Origin: Podarcis muralis
Lineage: Eukaryota
Assembly: GCF_964188315.1 (NCBI RefSeq)
Contig: NC_135671.1
Span: forward strand, 1,116,001 to 1,180,000
Length of the DNA: 64,000 nt
Direction: 5' to 3'
The notes beneath the pieces are model-generated. The model did not search any database, was not told the DNA's origin, and worked only from the letters and a program-made list of their open reading frames with translations. Below are positions 1-14,800 of this stretch, in pieces (the first letter of the stretch is position 1; each line of letters opens with the position of its first letter). The position numbers and the translations under genes were made by a program.

Positions 1-760
1 TTGGGAGAAAAACTTTCGGTGTGAGAAAGATATAGGATGTGTGTAAATATACATATATACATACACATTAGCACACACGTTGGAGGAGTGTGCCTGTGCA
101 TATATACTCTAGGTAAGCACACACATATACACACTGTCAGTGTTTGTGCATGTGAGACATTTCTGCACCACATGCACCCTTCACTGAAATTGGCTTACAA
201 AATATGCAGCTTGCTGCCCCCCCGAAAAACTATCAATTAAAGTACATGATTTGAAACAAATCTTATAGAAATGACATGTCATCAGTAATTTACACTTTAA
301 AAAACTCAGCCACAAAAAAAATCTGGAAGCTGAAACAAGATTGCTATTCATCAGTGCTGCTACCACCCTTAAAGAAACATGGTTTACTATGGGATATAAA
401 GGCAACATTGAGGTTGTTATAAAGATTAGCCACCTAATTTAAAGAACAAACCAACCAGACTGTACTTCATTTTTTGCCCACAATACACCCCATGAAACTA
501 CTCTTCTCACACCTCGCTTACCTTTCTTGTACATTGTTTGCTTCCTGTTCACTGTGGATTATTTCTCCCATCTGCGGTTTTGGTGCCTTTCCCCCCCTCT
601 TTAAACATCAGTCCAGTCAATCCTGCTGGATTTGGTTACATGATGATCCCACTATGCCGAATCAGAGAGAGGCCATAGATTCCTTCTCTCATAGTAGGGG
701 GCCAACTTTTTTTGCCTAGTTTTAAATTCCCCCGGAACAATAACCAAAATGGGAAATAAG

Positions 761-766
761 TTTATT
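761..766 (-). terminator. Candidate distal KPNA1 polyadenylation signal AATAAA
   Basis: tttatt on the plus strand, followed on the minus strand by a U/GU-rich tract (ttttggttattgtt). Confidence 0.55.
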
Positions 767-1125
767 GCGAAACACATGCCCCCCCCCATCTCAGCCCAGC
801 CCTAATTTTAAAGTTACAAACAACTGAAGTTGAAATGGTAACCTAAAGATGCTTCTTCATAAAGCAGCACAAAACTAAAGGAAGTTAACTTAAGAGGGTG
901 GAGGCTGATGAAGAATGGACAGAACTGGCAGCTGCGAGAGCTCCCATCCTAAAAGCACAGACATAGATACAAAGTGTTCAGTAGAAGGGTCAGTCACCCA
1001 GAAGAACACTGATGAGACCATACCTCCTAATAGGTTGACAAAGTATATTTCCTTGCAGGCGATGTCAGTTTTCTTCCGTTAATTATAACACGAAGAATCT
1101 TGTCAAACCAATTCTGACAACAGAA

Positions 1126-1131
1126 TTTATT
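1126..1131 (-). terminator. Candidate proximal KPNA1 polyadenylation signal AATAAA
   Basis: tttatt on the plus strand; downstream ttctgttgtc...ttggtttg on the minus strand. Confidence 0.4.
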
Positions 1132-2651
1132 ATGTATTCACAATGTTTGTAATGGAAGGTCAAGTCCTGGAAAGTCAAACTGACTCAAGGTGCCGCCCGG
1201 TCAGGGAGCAGGGTGCAAGCCTCCCGCAAGATCCATGCATTCACAAGAGAGTGAACAACACTGCTGATCATGGCTGATGCCAAGTTAAATTAAGACTATG
1301 CTGTCGGAGTCGGCTGGCCTTGGACTAGGTGAAGAGGTTCAAAACAATTGGCGTTCATATCCAATGTCTTCCGTCCGAGCGTATCGGAGAGCCACCATCT
1401 TGGTGCTAGTCAAGAGAGCATTCTACAGACATGGAGACGGCACGACGACACCCCTGGTTGTTGCAGGAAGCTGACGCGATGGCGTTTGGCCAGAGATCAG
1501 CTGTACTAAGGATTAAGTGAGCGGTGTCAGTCAAGAATATTAGACGATTTCAGAACTTAGGTTTCATTAGTCATAAGAGCGTTCTATGTGCCTTTAAGTG
1601 ACGGTTATAGAACCCAGGTGTCCCTTTCTGGCCCGACTTAGAAGCTACAGTCCACGTAAGCAGAGGTGGCCGAGGGAGCCAGTTATCTTCTTTGCTTCAA
1701 TATTTTAGCATATCAAGAATTTACAACAGAATGTGATTTACAGACAGCCCTGTTCAACCAAGACGTTTACAAAAACTCAAGCGTGGATTTCTCAGCAGGA
1801 ACCATGTTAATGAGGACCACTTTCGAAACTTGAAAGAGATTTCAGTCTGAGTGTAGAGGGAGCCAATTGATGCTGTGGCAGATGGACAGGAACAGTTCCT
1901 CTATCCCTGACAGGATTTCGGACATCTTCAAAAGAGCCCTGGCTGCCCCACGGGAGGTACAGAGAGATGGGCTCCGTTCCTCATGCAGACAGAAGAGAAC
2001 AAACCCCATGCGGTCAAAATGGCAGCATAGGAATCCTGCCTGCTGTCAACTGTTCATTGTTCCAAGAACCTGGAGCAGCTTATTCACTGGCGGCTGTAAG
2101 TGCAGGGAACAGAGAGCTCCTTCCTGTATCTCTGTGTATCATATATGTATATATATAGTATACATACATATATATAGATTAACAGAAGCCCAAGCTGCCA
2201 CACACAGAACCACCACCATTCAAAATTCTGTGTGAGCCTCAAATGAGACAGGCACTCAAGGACTGCCTGGAAAGGAAGTCTCTCTCGAATCCTCTTTGTC
2301 GATAGCAAGAACACTGCAACACACACACAGACACACAAAGGAAACTCCACCCTTGTTTTAGAATCTAGGATTACACCACTTTAGTGTGTACTTCATTGGG
2401 GAAAACTGACATCTTTGCAGAAGTGCCCAAGCTCTGGAGAGATGGGCACAGCCGCTAGGGTAAGCCCTTACCGAAGTGGCGTCCTACAACAAAGAGCCAA
2501 ATGTTTTCCAGTTGTGTTTGTAAGGAAGCGTGTGTGCAAAGCAAGCAAATGAGCTCACACAGGTTTATGGAAAACAGGACCACTCTGTGGGCAACTCAGA
2601 GCTCTACAATAGGGCTGGATGGGCAGGTGCAACGCAGTGCACAGGAGCGCC

Positions 2652-2839
2652 TCACAGCTGGAAACCTTCCATGGGAGCCTCGCACTGCTGGAAGATGTAC
2701 TGCTGCTGGCCAAGATCAACTTGGGGGGCAATGCTGCTGTCTTCCTCCTCTGTCCCAAAGTAGTGCTCAATCAGATCAAAGGCCTTCTGGTAGATTTCTT
2801 GGTTCTCGTGACTCTGGAGGAATTCAATCTTATCCAGGC
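2652..2839 (-). CDS. KPNA1: KPNA1 last coding exon
   Basis: gcag|(G)[64 protein letters not shown] (stop 2652-2654). Confidence 0.96.
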
Positions 2840-5800
2840 CTGCAAGAAAAATACACAGAGCCCCTCAGTTCTTGAACAGGAAGGTATACCTGAAGAGCTT
2901 CATCTTTGTCAACGATGGAGAACCTCTGCCTCTCCAGATATTGGTGGATTCCCCATCACCCCATATCATTTGCCATGCTGGTTGGGGCTGACGGTAGCTA
3001 GAGTCCCCAAACATCTGGAGGGCCACAGGTTCCCTATATGTGCATGTTGCTGAGAAGGGGGTGGGGCAAAGACGGAGCGAGATACACAGACCAGGCTATC
3101 TGAACTGTAGCATCAATTAAAAACCAGGAGACTCCACTGAGACCCCACAAAGATTCTAAAGGCAGAAGTTTCCATTGCTACTGGAGCTACCCCATCCCAC
3201 AACTGCCTCTTCATTACTTCAGACTTTGCAGGTGCTGCTTAGGTAATGATGTGGTATAGAAATATTAAAATGCGCCCCCCCCCGACACCGAAAGAGTACA
3301 ATTTTGCTTGGAAAGTCTTCCATTTACTTTGAGGTCCTAATGAACCATGAGAAACGAGGCAAAAGGTGGATAGTCTAATATGGATGTCGCCCACCAGCAC
3401 ATCCCCTTACCGTAGGCTTCCTCAATGAGTGCACAGTACGGGTTAATGCCAGTTCCACTTCGCCTGGCTTCTTGCTCGCCCAGTCTCAGGATGTTTTCCA
3501 GCCCATTAAGAGCCACCTGCACAATCTTCGAGTCCATTACCGTCAGGAGGTCACAGAGTGGTTTGATGCAGCCAAGTTCTACCAGGTACCTGAAAACCAC
3601 AACGGATTGAGAATCAAGAGAAGTAGAGGATTTGGTTTGGCAAAGTGGCAGCACCACTTCTGGCATCTTGGTTAAAGGTAAAGGGACCCCTGACCATTAG
3701 GTCCAGTCGTGGCCGACTCTGGGGTTGCGGCGCTCATCTCGCTTTATTGGCCGAGGGAGCCGGCATACAGCTTCCGGGTCATGTGACCAGCATGACTAAG
3801 CCGCTTCTGGCAAACCAGAGCAGCGCACGGAAACGCCGTTTACCTTCCTGCCGGAGCGGTACCTATTTATCTACTTGCACTTTGACGTGCTTTGGAGCTG
3901 CTAGGTTGGCAGGAGCAGGGACCGAGCAACGGGAGCTCACCCCATCACGGGGATTCGAACTGCTGACCTTCTGATCAGCAAGTCCTAGGCTCTGTGGTTT
4001 AACCCACAGCGCCACCCATGTCCCTGGCATCTTGGTTAAGTCACTCTGAAAAGCACAAACAGCTTTGAAAGGTATGATGGAAATGGCTCGAGCCAAGAGG
4101 TGCTGGTTGTATGTTAGGAAGTGTTCTTGAGAGAGAGGAACAGCGTTCCGTTCACCCATGTCCAGTGGATAACACTCAGTGGTATGAAGAATCTGGGCAG
4201 TTCTTCTAGAAAGTGAAGCCTTAGAAGAGGCTGACCAAAATAGTGTAGACTGGAGTGGGGAACTCTCCAGATATTGCTGGACTACTACTGCATAAACTCT
4301 GGCCATTAGCTATGCTGACCAGAGGCTCCCCCCTCCTGACAGAGATATGAGAAAACATGTGCAAATAGAGCAGGCATCTTTTGGTCAAGGGGGGATGAGG
4401 AGGGCAGGATAAAAGAGAAACTTTGCAGCACCAGCTCTCAACCCTTCCACCGTGAAGATCTTTGTTTGGAAACCTTCCTGGCACTTACTTGATCTGCTCA
4501 GCAGAGCCACCAGATGTTGCGTTAGTAATAGCCCAAGCTGCTTCTTTTCTTGTCCGAAACTCGGCAGTTTGCAATATACTTATCAGGGCTGGGAAAATGT
4601 TGGCATCTATGACAGTCTGAAAAAGAAACAAGGTCTTAATAGCAGATTTTAAAAATCGGGATTATTTGCTTCAACACAGTAATATGACACAGAGTGCTAC
4701 AGTGAGGGGGGAAAGTATTTGACCCCCTGCTAAATTTATCTGAGAACACAGCCGGTTACGTCTCGTGTGTTTATTGAGGATGCTTTACGTGACCGTAGGT
4801 TTGTTTGTTGTTGTTTAGACCAAATAACCGGCTTGAGTCCAGCAGAAAGGGGGGTGGCGCAAGTTACTCTAATCATGGAAAGCTGGATTCAACAGTGGGT
4901 TTTGTTTGTTTGGTTTGTTTTGTATTCAACAGTATTGAGCATCCATCTCCAACTGGTCTAATATTTTGTGGGGGGAGGAGTAGAGTTATTCTCCTGACAT
5001 TTCCCAGTTCTGATCTTGAATTTATAAAAGTCTGCTGAAAATGCCAAACAAGATACAAGCAAGAGCGTGCAATATTCTGCCAAAGTCTGCATGGACAGCA
5101 ATAGATCTAAGAATCTGATTTTGTGTTGGCAAGTGAACCTCTGAGCCAGCCAGCTTCATTACCTGAATCTGCGCTCTGTTTCCAGCTGTGATGTTTGATA
5201 TTGTCCAACATGCTTCCTTTTTGATTGATTCTTTAGGACTGCTAAGCAAGTGTAGTAAACTCTGCAGAGCCGAGCAATTCAATATTACCTGGGGAAGGGA
5301 AAGAAAGAGATTGATTTTAGACTGCATCCAAAAGATGGATCTAAAAATTCCAGGCACACTTACCTTAAGCAAACATGAGGAAGGCATAATAAATAGATTT
5401 TCCCCTTATCTAAAATCAAAAGAATATGCTGAGAAAAAGCAGAAAGCTCAAGGAAGTAAAGGGGAGAATAAGATAGCAGTAGGTCTGCCTGAAGATAAAA
5501 TCAAGTGGGAAGAAACGAAAAGAACGAAAGAGGCAGAAAAGGCAACATAAAGGCCTTTTCCATGCACAGAAAGCACTGTCAATGACAGGAGCAGATACTG
5601 AGCAGGGCATGAGAGTTTGAAGAACTTGACAGAGAAGACAGGTGAACTTAATACCTTTCTCATCTCAGATTTAGTGGAAAGTAAGCTGTCACTGATGAGG
5701 AGGCAGATATTCTAAGTAATGTAAGTATTAATAATGTTAAAGACTGCATAGGTAGGCATTTTCATATTAATGAATCTAACCAATGAGCCTAGATATCTCA

Positions 5801-8800
5801 CACTCTAATCTTGTAAATAGAAGGTGAGCAAGAAAGTAAATGTGAAAGAATGGAAAATATTATTTTGAAAGCTTAAATTTCTCCTGCAATGAAGTGGCAG
5901 GCTTTGCCAAAGAAGAGCAAGGAGGGGTTGTTTATCATTAGACTTTATTTAACAAGTCTCACAAGACTTGCTCTTGCAGCCCATGAAGGATACAAAGGGT
6001 GGGTTTTGCCACCGTACAGCAGGTGCACAACTGACGGGAAGAAAGGATTCTGGTGAACATTACAAAGATGTGTTTACAAATGCAGGTGCAAGAGATACAA
6101 AGAAAGTCTACTCAAAATATCAGAGACCACCATGCTCAAAAGACAGATTTACAATCTAACACTGAGCAAGGCTGCATGCTCAGAACTTGACTTGAAAACT
6201 CCAAGATGCTGAACTCAAATAAGAAAGCTGAGTAGCACAAATAGTGCTTGGTTCCTAGGCACTAAAAAAAATCAGTGAAAATGATATGATACAGATACCC
6301 TATAGCCAACAAGCTCAAACAGTGTTTCTCAAACTGTGGTTCCTGGCACTTTTCCTGAGCAGATTCCAGAAAGAAAGTCTCCCTGCCACAACTAGGTGAA
6401 CAGCACACTATCACTGGGAGCATCACTGAAGAGAAGGACTCCTTCCCTTCCTGTTATGCTGAATTTCTATTCGGCTACATAGTGCCTATTTATACAGCTA
6501 TATTAGAACCATCATCATCAGCTTACTCACTATATTGATATGCTCACGTTTTCTGTTGTAGAGGAGGAAGGTCAGGCTCAAAAAAGTGGAGTTAGCATAT
6601 AGTTGGCTCTGACTTCAAACATTTTGAGAAGCATGATACTAAAGAATGCCACAAGCAATTATGTATGTCTTAAAGATTTAGCCGTATCCTAGAGAGTTGG
6701 AACTAGCAAGCACAGGAATGAGTATTTCAAGGAGAGCGCAGGCCAAGGACACCAGGAATAAGCCCAATGTAGCTTTCTGAACACAGGATTTCAAGGCACA
6801 AAACCTCAAGGGGGTTTAAGGGGGGGAAAGGGTTGAATCCAATGAAGTCATTCCATGGGCAGAAAGAGTTCTATTTGCACAATAGAACTTCTCCTCCTCC
6901 AACCCCCATACCTGCTCCAGAGTGTTGGGAGTGAGGAGATTTCACCCCTCCCATTCCAAGAATCTGCTGATGTTCTCTGCTGATTCTCCAGAGAGGAGGG
7001 GGGTGGTTTCTGCTCACTACTTATTCCGCTCCAGCCTCACATCAAAGAGAGAGACTGAGTGTTAGAGAGTGTTATCTTTGTATAGATAAGGTTGCTGCTA
7101 AGAGCAGCTGCAGACACTCAGTGCAGTTCAGCTTCTTCATTTAGCTCTGTACATAGTTGTGCATTATAGTTGTAGATAGAATAAAAGTAGTTATTCTACA
7201 GAGCTGTTCTCCAAGTGGTTTATGCTCTGCTGTACTCTGCTGTGCAACGACTATCTTCAGAAGTGAATCTGGTGCTCACAACTGTGAGTTGTGAGTCCAC
7301 AGCACTTTGACTTGTTCCTGTGCAGAAGGTGGTCTCTGGAAGTGCTACCCCAGCTCGCCTGGCCCAGTGGGGCTGAAGTGGATGAGTCCAGTCGGTGGGG
7401 CTGGTTCAAGGGCGATGCTGACAGGGAGAACCCCCATAAAAGATTTGGAGGGGAATGTGTGGGGTGCAAAGAGGGTGGAGAGGAAGGAAAAGTTCCATTG
7501 TATGAGCAGAAGTTGTTCTGCTTGTGCAACATTTTCACAGGATATAACCCACAATACATGTTCAGCTCTATGAAGCCTCTTAACGCTGAGGACTGAAAGA
7601 AAGAGATTTACTTCTATTCAGTTACTGTGAAAACTGGAATCAGTAAATGTTGTTGCAGTGAGCAGTGTTTATACCTGGGTCTGGATATCATCCCCTGTAA
7701 CGATGTTCCCAACTGCTCTCAAAGCAGGAGATACCACTTTGTAGTCATTATGCCTAAAAAAGGGGAAAAAGAAAGGCTTCAGTTTAACAGAGTCAAATGT
7801 TATTTGTTTCATAGTCACGTCTTCAACTGTTGTGTCTTGATGCCAGGATGCAAGGCCACTGTGTTCTATTTATTCCTTTGTTTCTTTAAGTAATAGGGAC
7901 ATAATAACCACTGTTCCTGCAGTGTGGTTCAAAACAGGTGGCCCCCAAATAATGTATTCACACCTGCACTTTCAGCAAGAAATAAAAGCCAAGGCGAACC
8001 TGACATGACGGCAAGTAAAAGGACAACATTTAATAGACTTGCTTGATTAAATAAATTTGCTTGATCTCAAGTCCTTACATCAGGAGTTCCACAAGTCTCC
8101 TACATACTCCTGCATCAATCACAGCCTGGATTTTATCATTGGGTCCATCAGACAAGTATGAGAGTGCCCAGCATGCATCTGCTAGGACATCTGTGTCGTT
8201 GACAAACAGCAGCCATGACAGCACACTCAGACAAGGAGAGACCTACAAAGAAACGAGAGGGGTGGAAAATCAATGGAGTAAGCATGCCTGTTATCACAAT
8301 TACTACTATGCTCATGTCTTTTTCAACAAAGGACCTAAACCAGTGTTTCTCAAACTTGGTCCCCCAGCTGTTGTTGGACTACAACTCCCATCACCCCACC
8401 TGGAAGCCACCCATCTGGAAGCATACATGACAGCAAACAATTTTTTTTAAACGAGATGAGAACTTTGTTTCCTTAAAAGCCTCCAGATATTTAAGAAGGC
8501 TGCTCCAGAAAGGAATGTTGTGAACTCCTTTTCTTATCCACAAAAGGCAATGCTTTTCAGACTTTATTTCCTACCTTAGCAAAGTCTGGGGGAGGATTCT
8601 TTCCTCTGCAAAGATTAGAGAGTGCCCACACGGCATTCCGAGTCATGGTGAGACGATTCTGTTTGGAAAGCAATCTGAAAATACAAAAAAAGGGAAAAAG
8701 TATTGCAACAGAAAGCTTATGAGAAGAAGAGGACACTGAACACAAACTACCGGGTATCTGCTTTCTAACTTGAAATCATGCTTATAAAAGAAAACCCTGT

Positions 8801-11800
8801 TAAATTCCCATAGTTACAGTGGCACCTCAATTTCTGTTTTGAGTTTTCAAACGTTTTGGAACTCAAACGGTCTTCCGGAATGGATTATGTTCAAAAACCG
8901 AGGTACTACTGTATTTTTTATTCCCCAGAAGTTCAGGAGGAAATGTCATGCTTTCACAGAATGACATGGGGGGGGGGGAGAGTAAAACTTGCTGCTAATG
9001 AGGGAAGATATGGAGGTCGGTGTAAGAAATGCAAGTATAGCAACACCTCCTATGCACACAATCCTATGTTTACTCAGAAGTAAGTCCCTAAAATTCAGTT
9101 GGGCTTACTCCTATGTTAGTGGAATTAGGATTCCAGCCTAAGCTTACCTTTTGCTTGTAGGGCTGGCCAAATGATGAAATATTTTCTCCTCTCTATGCAT
9201 CCTTCCCAACAGACCACATTAAAGCAATAAATATCAACTACAAAGTTATCTAGGTAGAGTCGGACAATAAGTGTCTCTAATAGTTTGCACATTACACCAA
9301 ATTCTTCTGTGCTAATACTGTAGTGCTCATCTGCATGAGCACATGCACACAGACACACACAAAACCACTCCGGTCAGGGTCATTCTATTGGGAACTGCTG
9401 GCAAATAAACCTGAACACCATCTAGAAAACTTACTGCAATAGAGGGGGTAAGATGTTGCAGTCCAGCACGTAATCTCTACACATAGTACTGTCCCCTGCA
9501 ATATTGCCGAGGGCCCAAACAGCCTGAGAAAGAAGACAGGATACTGTTAGATCAACTTTTCTGAGAGTGCAACGCTCCCTTGTCCTGTATCTCAGCACCA
9601 ATAATTGTCTTAACGTCATATTCCTATATGAGCCAGCCTGACTGCTCCCACCTATCAGTATTGAGCCAAGTCACAGCTTGCTAGATAAGCTGAGTTGTTT
9701 GAAAATGAGGCAATAGGAATCATTGAGGTTCTAAAGCGTTACTGTTTCCCCTTATTTATGTATTTAAACAGTTTATATACTAGAATCAGAAGAGAGGACC
9801 CACCAAAAATTACTCCCAGAAACACGTAATACCAATACACTGCCTTCTGCTCAGCTCCCCCTTCCCTTGGGATCCATGCAAATCAGTTAAGGAGTGGAGG
9901 CATTATTTTAACCCCAATCACAGCAATACTTAAAACTTCTCCACTCAGCATGCTCCACAGGGATGAAAACCAGGCCCTCCACACGCCTCCCCTGATCCAT
10001 GCTGATCAGCCAGGAGGGCTGATCTGAACTCCCCAAGACGCTGCTCTAGGCAGAGAGGTTTACACCTCCCCTCCTGCTGCGTTGTGATCAGAAGGATGAG
10101 CACGCAAACACAGATCAGCTGGAAAGTGGCAAGCAATCTTCTTCTTGATTGCAGAGCACGTGGAAAAACTCAGAATACACCCAGCATTTTCTGAAGAGGA
10201 GGAAAAGAACCCATCCCTGTTGCCCGGATTAAGTCCATGGGCCAAAGGTTCTGCATCTCACAAGTTAAGACTTTTGTTTGCCATCTTTTTAAACCAGATG
10301 AGCATCAGCAGCTGGAGGACTTGAAACTAGGAATAGGAGGAAACTCAGTGGCGTGTGCTATACCCAGCAGCCTCTATGCTATCTTGCCTTTTGAGACACT
10401 AACCTGTTCTTGCACATCTTCAAATTCTGAGCTGAGGAGCTCTATGAAGATAGGAACAGCTCCTGCTTGGATCACAATCCGAGTCTGAAGGGAATTTCCG
10501 GAGGCAATGTTAGTCAGCACCCAGGCAGCTTCAAACTGGAACGGGAGAGAGAGGAAGCCATTCTTCAGCAGCTGTTTGTCTACGACACGATGCTTGAACC
10601 AGAATTCTACACTAACTTGGGGTAGTTGTCATGCCATGCGCTTGGTCAGAGGTGGCAACAAGCACAAGCCATCTAGCAGACACTTTAATCAGCTTTTCTC
10701 CCTCTAACATCCTGCTCATCTGCTTTCTATGTAATACACCATTCTGCAAATAATATTGCATTATCAGACAGATATGCTGCAATTGGCATTCATTAAAAAG
10801 TGTGTGCAGAAGAAAAGTGTATGCCTCTAACAGGAAGGCTGCTGTGAGAACAGAATGCTGGACTACTGGCCTATGTTCTTAATATAGGGTGTATAGGTAG
10901 CAGCAGAGTCAAATGTGTACCTATTTTTCTCCTGATATTACAAACTGAAGAGCTTTGTTGGGACATAATTTGAAGGGATCATATCCCAAATTGCTTCAAC
11001 ATAAAAAATATATATTTTTCCCTGGACTTTTTTTTTTTTTTAAAGTTAACTAAATGCAAAGAAACACGACAGCTAACCTTGAAGAGACTTAAATTTACTT
11101 TCACTGGGCACATTTTATAAAGGCAACTCAAACTGGTGTAAAATGATGGCTAAGAGAGACCTGGAATTTGATTCTTGCCTCTTTCATGAGCTCACTGGTT
11201 AAGCCTTAGGCAAGTCACTCTCAGCCATTTGTAATATCATCACCACTCCCTCTAACTGTGACCTCAAGGTTGAGGGTGACAACAGAAATGGGCCAAACTG
11301 GATCCACTCAGAAACGAGAGGGAGGTATTAGCACAGACCGGGAAACTCCTGAAGTTCACAGAAGTACAAAAAGCTCTTTTAAAAAATACAAACCTAGGGC
11401 AAAAAACCCCACTGTGTAACAACCCAATGAAGGCAAAGTGCCCAGTAGCCAAAGAATGTTAGATTTTTTTTGGGGGGGGGAGAGCAAAAAGTCTTGCACA
11501 GAGGAAACAGGTCCCTGAGCAGATGTTATTAATCCCACTTGTTCACTCCAATGGTCAACTCTGAGACAACTGGAGCCCAAAGAGAGCACCCCCCCTTAAA
11601 AAGAAACAAAAAACAGCCCAGTGAGGGCAGGGCATGCTCAGTGGCCCGCGGGAGCCCCAGGAGTGTCCACCGGAAAAGAAAAATGGAAAACCAGGAGTTG
11701 GGAGAAGGAGTGAATTGACTTTCTTGACCTTCATACAGTCAAAAATATCATGGAAGGCGGCATTGCTGGCACTCTGACCTATAAAGGCTGAAGCTAAGCC

Positions 11801-14800
11801 TATAGCAGGCCATCTTCTCCTCAATCTTGATGGAATTTCAAGGTTATTTTCTAATTAACTCCCAAGGATAAATCGAATGAGTCCTTTAGGATAGACAGCA
11901 TTTATTGCAAGAGCCCACAGGCCTTTACTTAAGAAAATCCCACCTCTTTATTTTACTTTAATTATCAAAGTCTGTTCTATAAAATTGAGGAACAGAACAC
12001 ACATACCTGTAAAGTGCAGTTCTCTTTCCGTTTGAGGAACTCTACAAACCTGGGCACAACTCCTGGTGTACTGATGACCTCGTCTATAGGAGGATTCGGT
12101 TCTATTGAAAGCACAAAGATACCAGAGTAGGTTTTTCCACCCTTTTAAATGAAGCTATGTGCTTACACAAGAAACAGATAATATCAGTTGTTCAAGGCAT
12201 TCAGTTTATTACTTTACATGCAATCTTCTACACTCTCCATTCTTATACTTGGGTCTTTCATGCTTGCAATATGACATTTCCCATTTAGAAACAGGTAACA
12301 GCCATTTATTGTGTTATTAATTTAACTGATACCCTAGGACCTGTCCCATAAGCTCAAGATAGCCCAGAACTGCCGCTCCACTTAACTGTTCCAAAGCCAT
12401 AGGTCCCAATTAGGTAAAGGTGAAGGACCCCTGAATGGTTAAGTCCAGTCAAAGGTAACTATGGGGTTGTGGCGCTCATCTTGCTTTCAGGCCGAGGGAG
12501 CCAGCCTTTGTCCACAGACAGCTTTCCAGGCCATGACGAAACTGCTACTGGCGCAACGGAACACCGTGATGGAAACCAGAGCACACGGAAATGCCGTTTA
12601 CCTTCCCGCCGCAGCAGCACCTATTTATCTACTTGCACTGGCATGCTTTCAAACTGTTAGGTTGGCAGGAGCTGGGACGGAGCAACGGGAGCTCACCCCG
12701 TCATGGGGATTCGAACCGCTGACCTTCTGATCGGCAAGCCCTAGGGGCTCAGTGAAACCACAGTGCCACCTGCTGCCTAATGACAAGACTGGAAGCACCA
12801 CTATCCCCCAAACCCTTACATAACGAATGAGAACTGGGGAATGGGGTTGTAGCACAGGCACCACCTGCCTAACATCAGTTTTGAGTGGCTCCACCCTCGC
12901 AACCCAACATGCACTGTTCCCTCCCTCTTCTCATAACATCCTGGATCCAAGACTGCACAGGGAGAGGAGGGCAGCTGCTCAGTGGCTGCAGCCTCCATGC
13001 TGAAGTGAGCAGGAAGGCAGTGGTGGGTTGATTATTTGTATATAACCCCACCTATTCCACCTTTGCGCACAGTGATGCCCAAACAACGAACAAGACGAAA
13101 TATGACATAAAACACAAAAGGGTACATAAAACAAGCAGGTAAAAAACAACAACACAGAATAAAATAGCCAACTGCCAACAGTCAAAGGAGTTCCAGATCT
13201 CCCAACCACGCCCTGGCTCCCCTTGCCCCACTGTTGGGGGGTATTGGCTGGTTGTGACGGAAACAGGAAAGACTGCTGGAAACTAGCAATAGTAGTACTT
13301 AAATTCAAGTGGTGAGGAAAGGACAAACAGGGGATTCAGGGGGTTACAGAAAAGTTAGTGGCAATCATGTATATTGGGATACAAACAGGAAGAGAAGCTG
13401 AGCTTTTTCACGACTACCTCTAGCACTCACCTTTTGAGAGAAGTTTTCGGAATTTCTGGGTAGCCGAGAGCTGCTGTTCTGGGCTATTGGAGAAAATCAT
13501 CTCAGTCATATCAGATGTGATCACTGCACTCTGCAACGACAAAGGAAAAATATTGTCACTTTTGCCTCAAATTTAAGGGCAAATACTTCTCAATGTGTTA
13601 CTATAAAGAAGAAATGCAATGAAGGCAACTCAAAGTGCAAATGCAGAAGGGAGTAAGAGTATCTAAAATACACTTTCCTGTTTAAAATCCAGCCAGAAAA
13701 GTTCCTTCTCAAAACTACCACTGACAACAGGAGCAGGAGATAGCGTGGCAGGGGCAAAAGGTTAAAGCAGCTCCCCCCATGGCGAGGTCCTGATTTGACC
13801 CCCCCCACACACATCAGCTATTTAACAAAAACCACCTTTGTAATCCCTAATTATGTCACATACCTAGCCCAGTTCCAAATTTATCAAAGGTACCTATGCA
13901 TTCTCATTGCAAGGTAATGACACCAAGCTTAAGAAACTGAGTCTGGCTGGCACTAAAAAGCCCTAAGAACTGACTTTTCGCATCGCTATTAATTTTTTTC
14001 ATACCTACTGGTTTGCAAACTGCTTGGAAGAAGTGGAAAAGAGGTATATAATTAAGATAGCACCATTTGTTACTGGATGGGCTGAACAATCCAAACACCC
14101 TTTACTCCAGACCGGGGGCTGGAATGAGTGGAAGTGACTGCCAGCCCAGCTTTCCTGGCTAAGCTGGGGCCTCCCAACAGTCACCAGTGCTGACCTCCTG
14201 TTTCTGCCTGCCAAATATGCCAGGAGGACACTGGCAGGATCCCTGCCAACAGGGGTGAATAGAGAGCCCTGAAACATTGGATCCTAAGCCGGTTCCAATG
14301 CCATCATGTGATGGCATGGTGCCCAACCTGGGCCTGAAAACTGCATAAGATTCACTTTCTACCCTGCATAAGATTGACTTTCTACCCTGGTCCTCATGAG
14401 CAAATAAGGCTGTGTATGTGGCAATGGCCCCACTGCTTTGCAAAGTCCCACATGCAGGGGCAAAGTCTAGATTGCTCCCTTAACAAGTCTTTTACAGCAG
14501 TGTTCCCCAACCTTGGGCCTCCAGCTGTTTTTGGACTACAACTCCCATCATCCCTCGCTAGCAAGACCAGTGGTCAAGGATGATGGGAATTGTAGTCCAA
14601 AAACAGCTGGAGGCCCAAGGTTGGGGAACACTGTTTTACAGGGCACTTTCAGTGGTAGAGCGCAGCAACCGCTGCAAAATATACACATTAGGCATGTCCA
14701 AGTGATCGTAGATGAACCGCTTTCCAGAGAAGTGTGTTTTGAGATTGCAGCCTTAGAAATCACAGTTGGCACTACAGGAAAAGCAAACTGAATGGAGTTG

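Noticed and set aside
2619-3053. 144-aa plus-strand ORF
   Set aside because: Antisense shadow of the KPNA1 last exon.
3645-3974. Recurring ORFs containing TYLSTCT...[14 protein letters not shown] (also near 12461, 42331, 51094, 51798)
   Set aside because: Translations of the antisense strand of Sauria-type SINE copies, not a gene family.
5188-5550. 120-aa K/E-rich plus-strand ORF
   Set aside because: Overlaps a KPNA1 exon antisense and continues through purine-rich intron; no splice or homology support.
12050-12065. KPNA1 GVVPRF (Pro where human has Ala, as recalled) as a damaging change
   Set aside because: Pro at this position is common in other importin-alpha proteins (recalled GVVPR in yeast and plant homologues), so it is probably tolerated.
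14341-14386. 23-bp tandem duplication ctgcataagatt(c/g)actttctacc
   Set aside because: Real but an ordinary small slippage duplication with no functional context.
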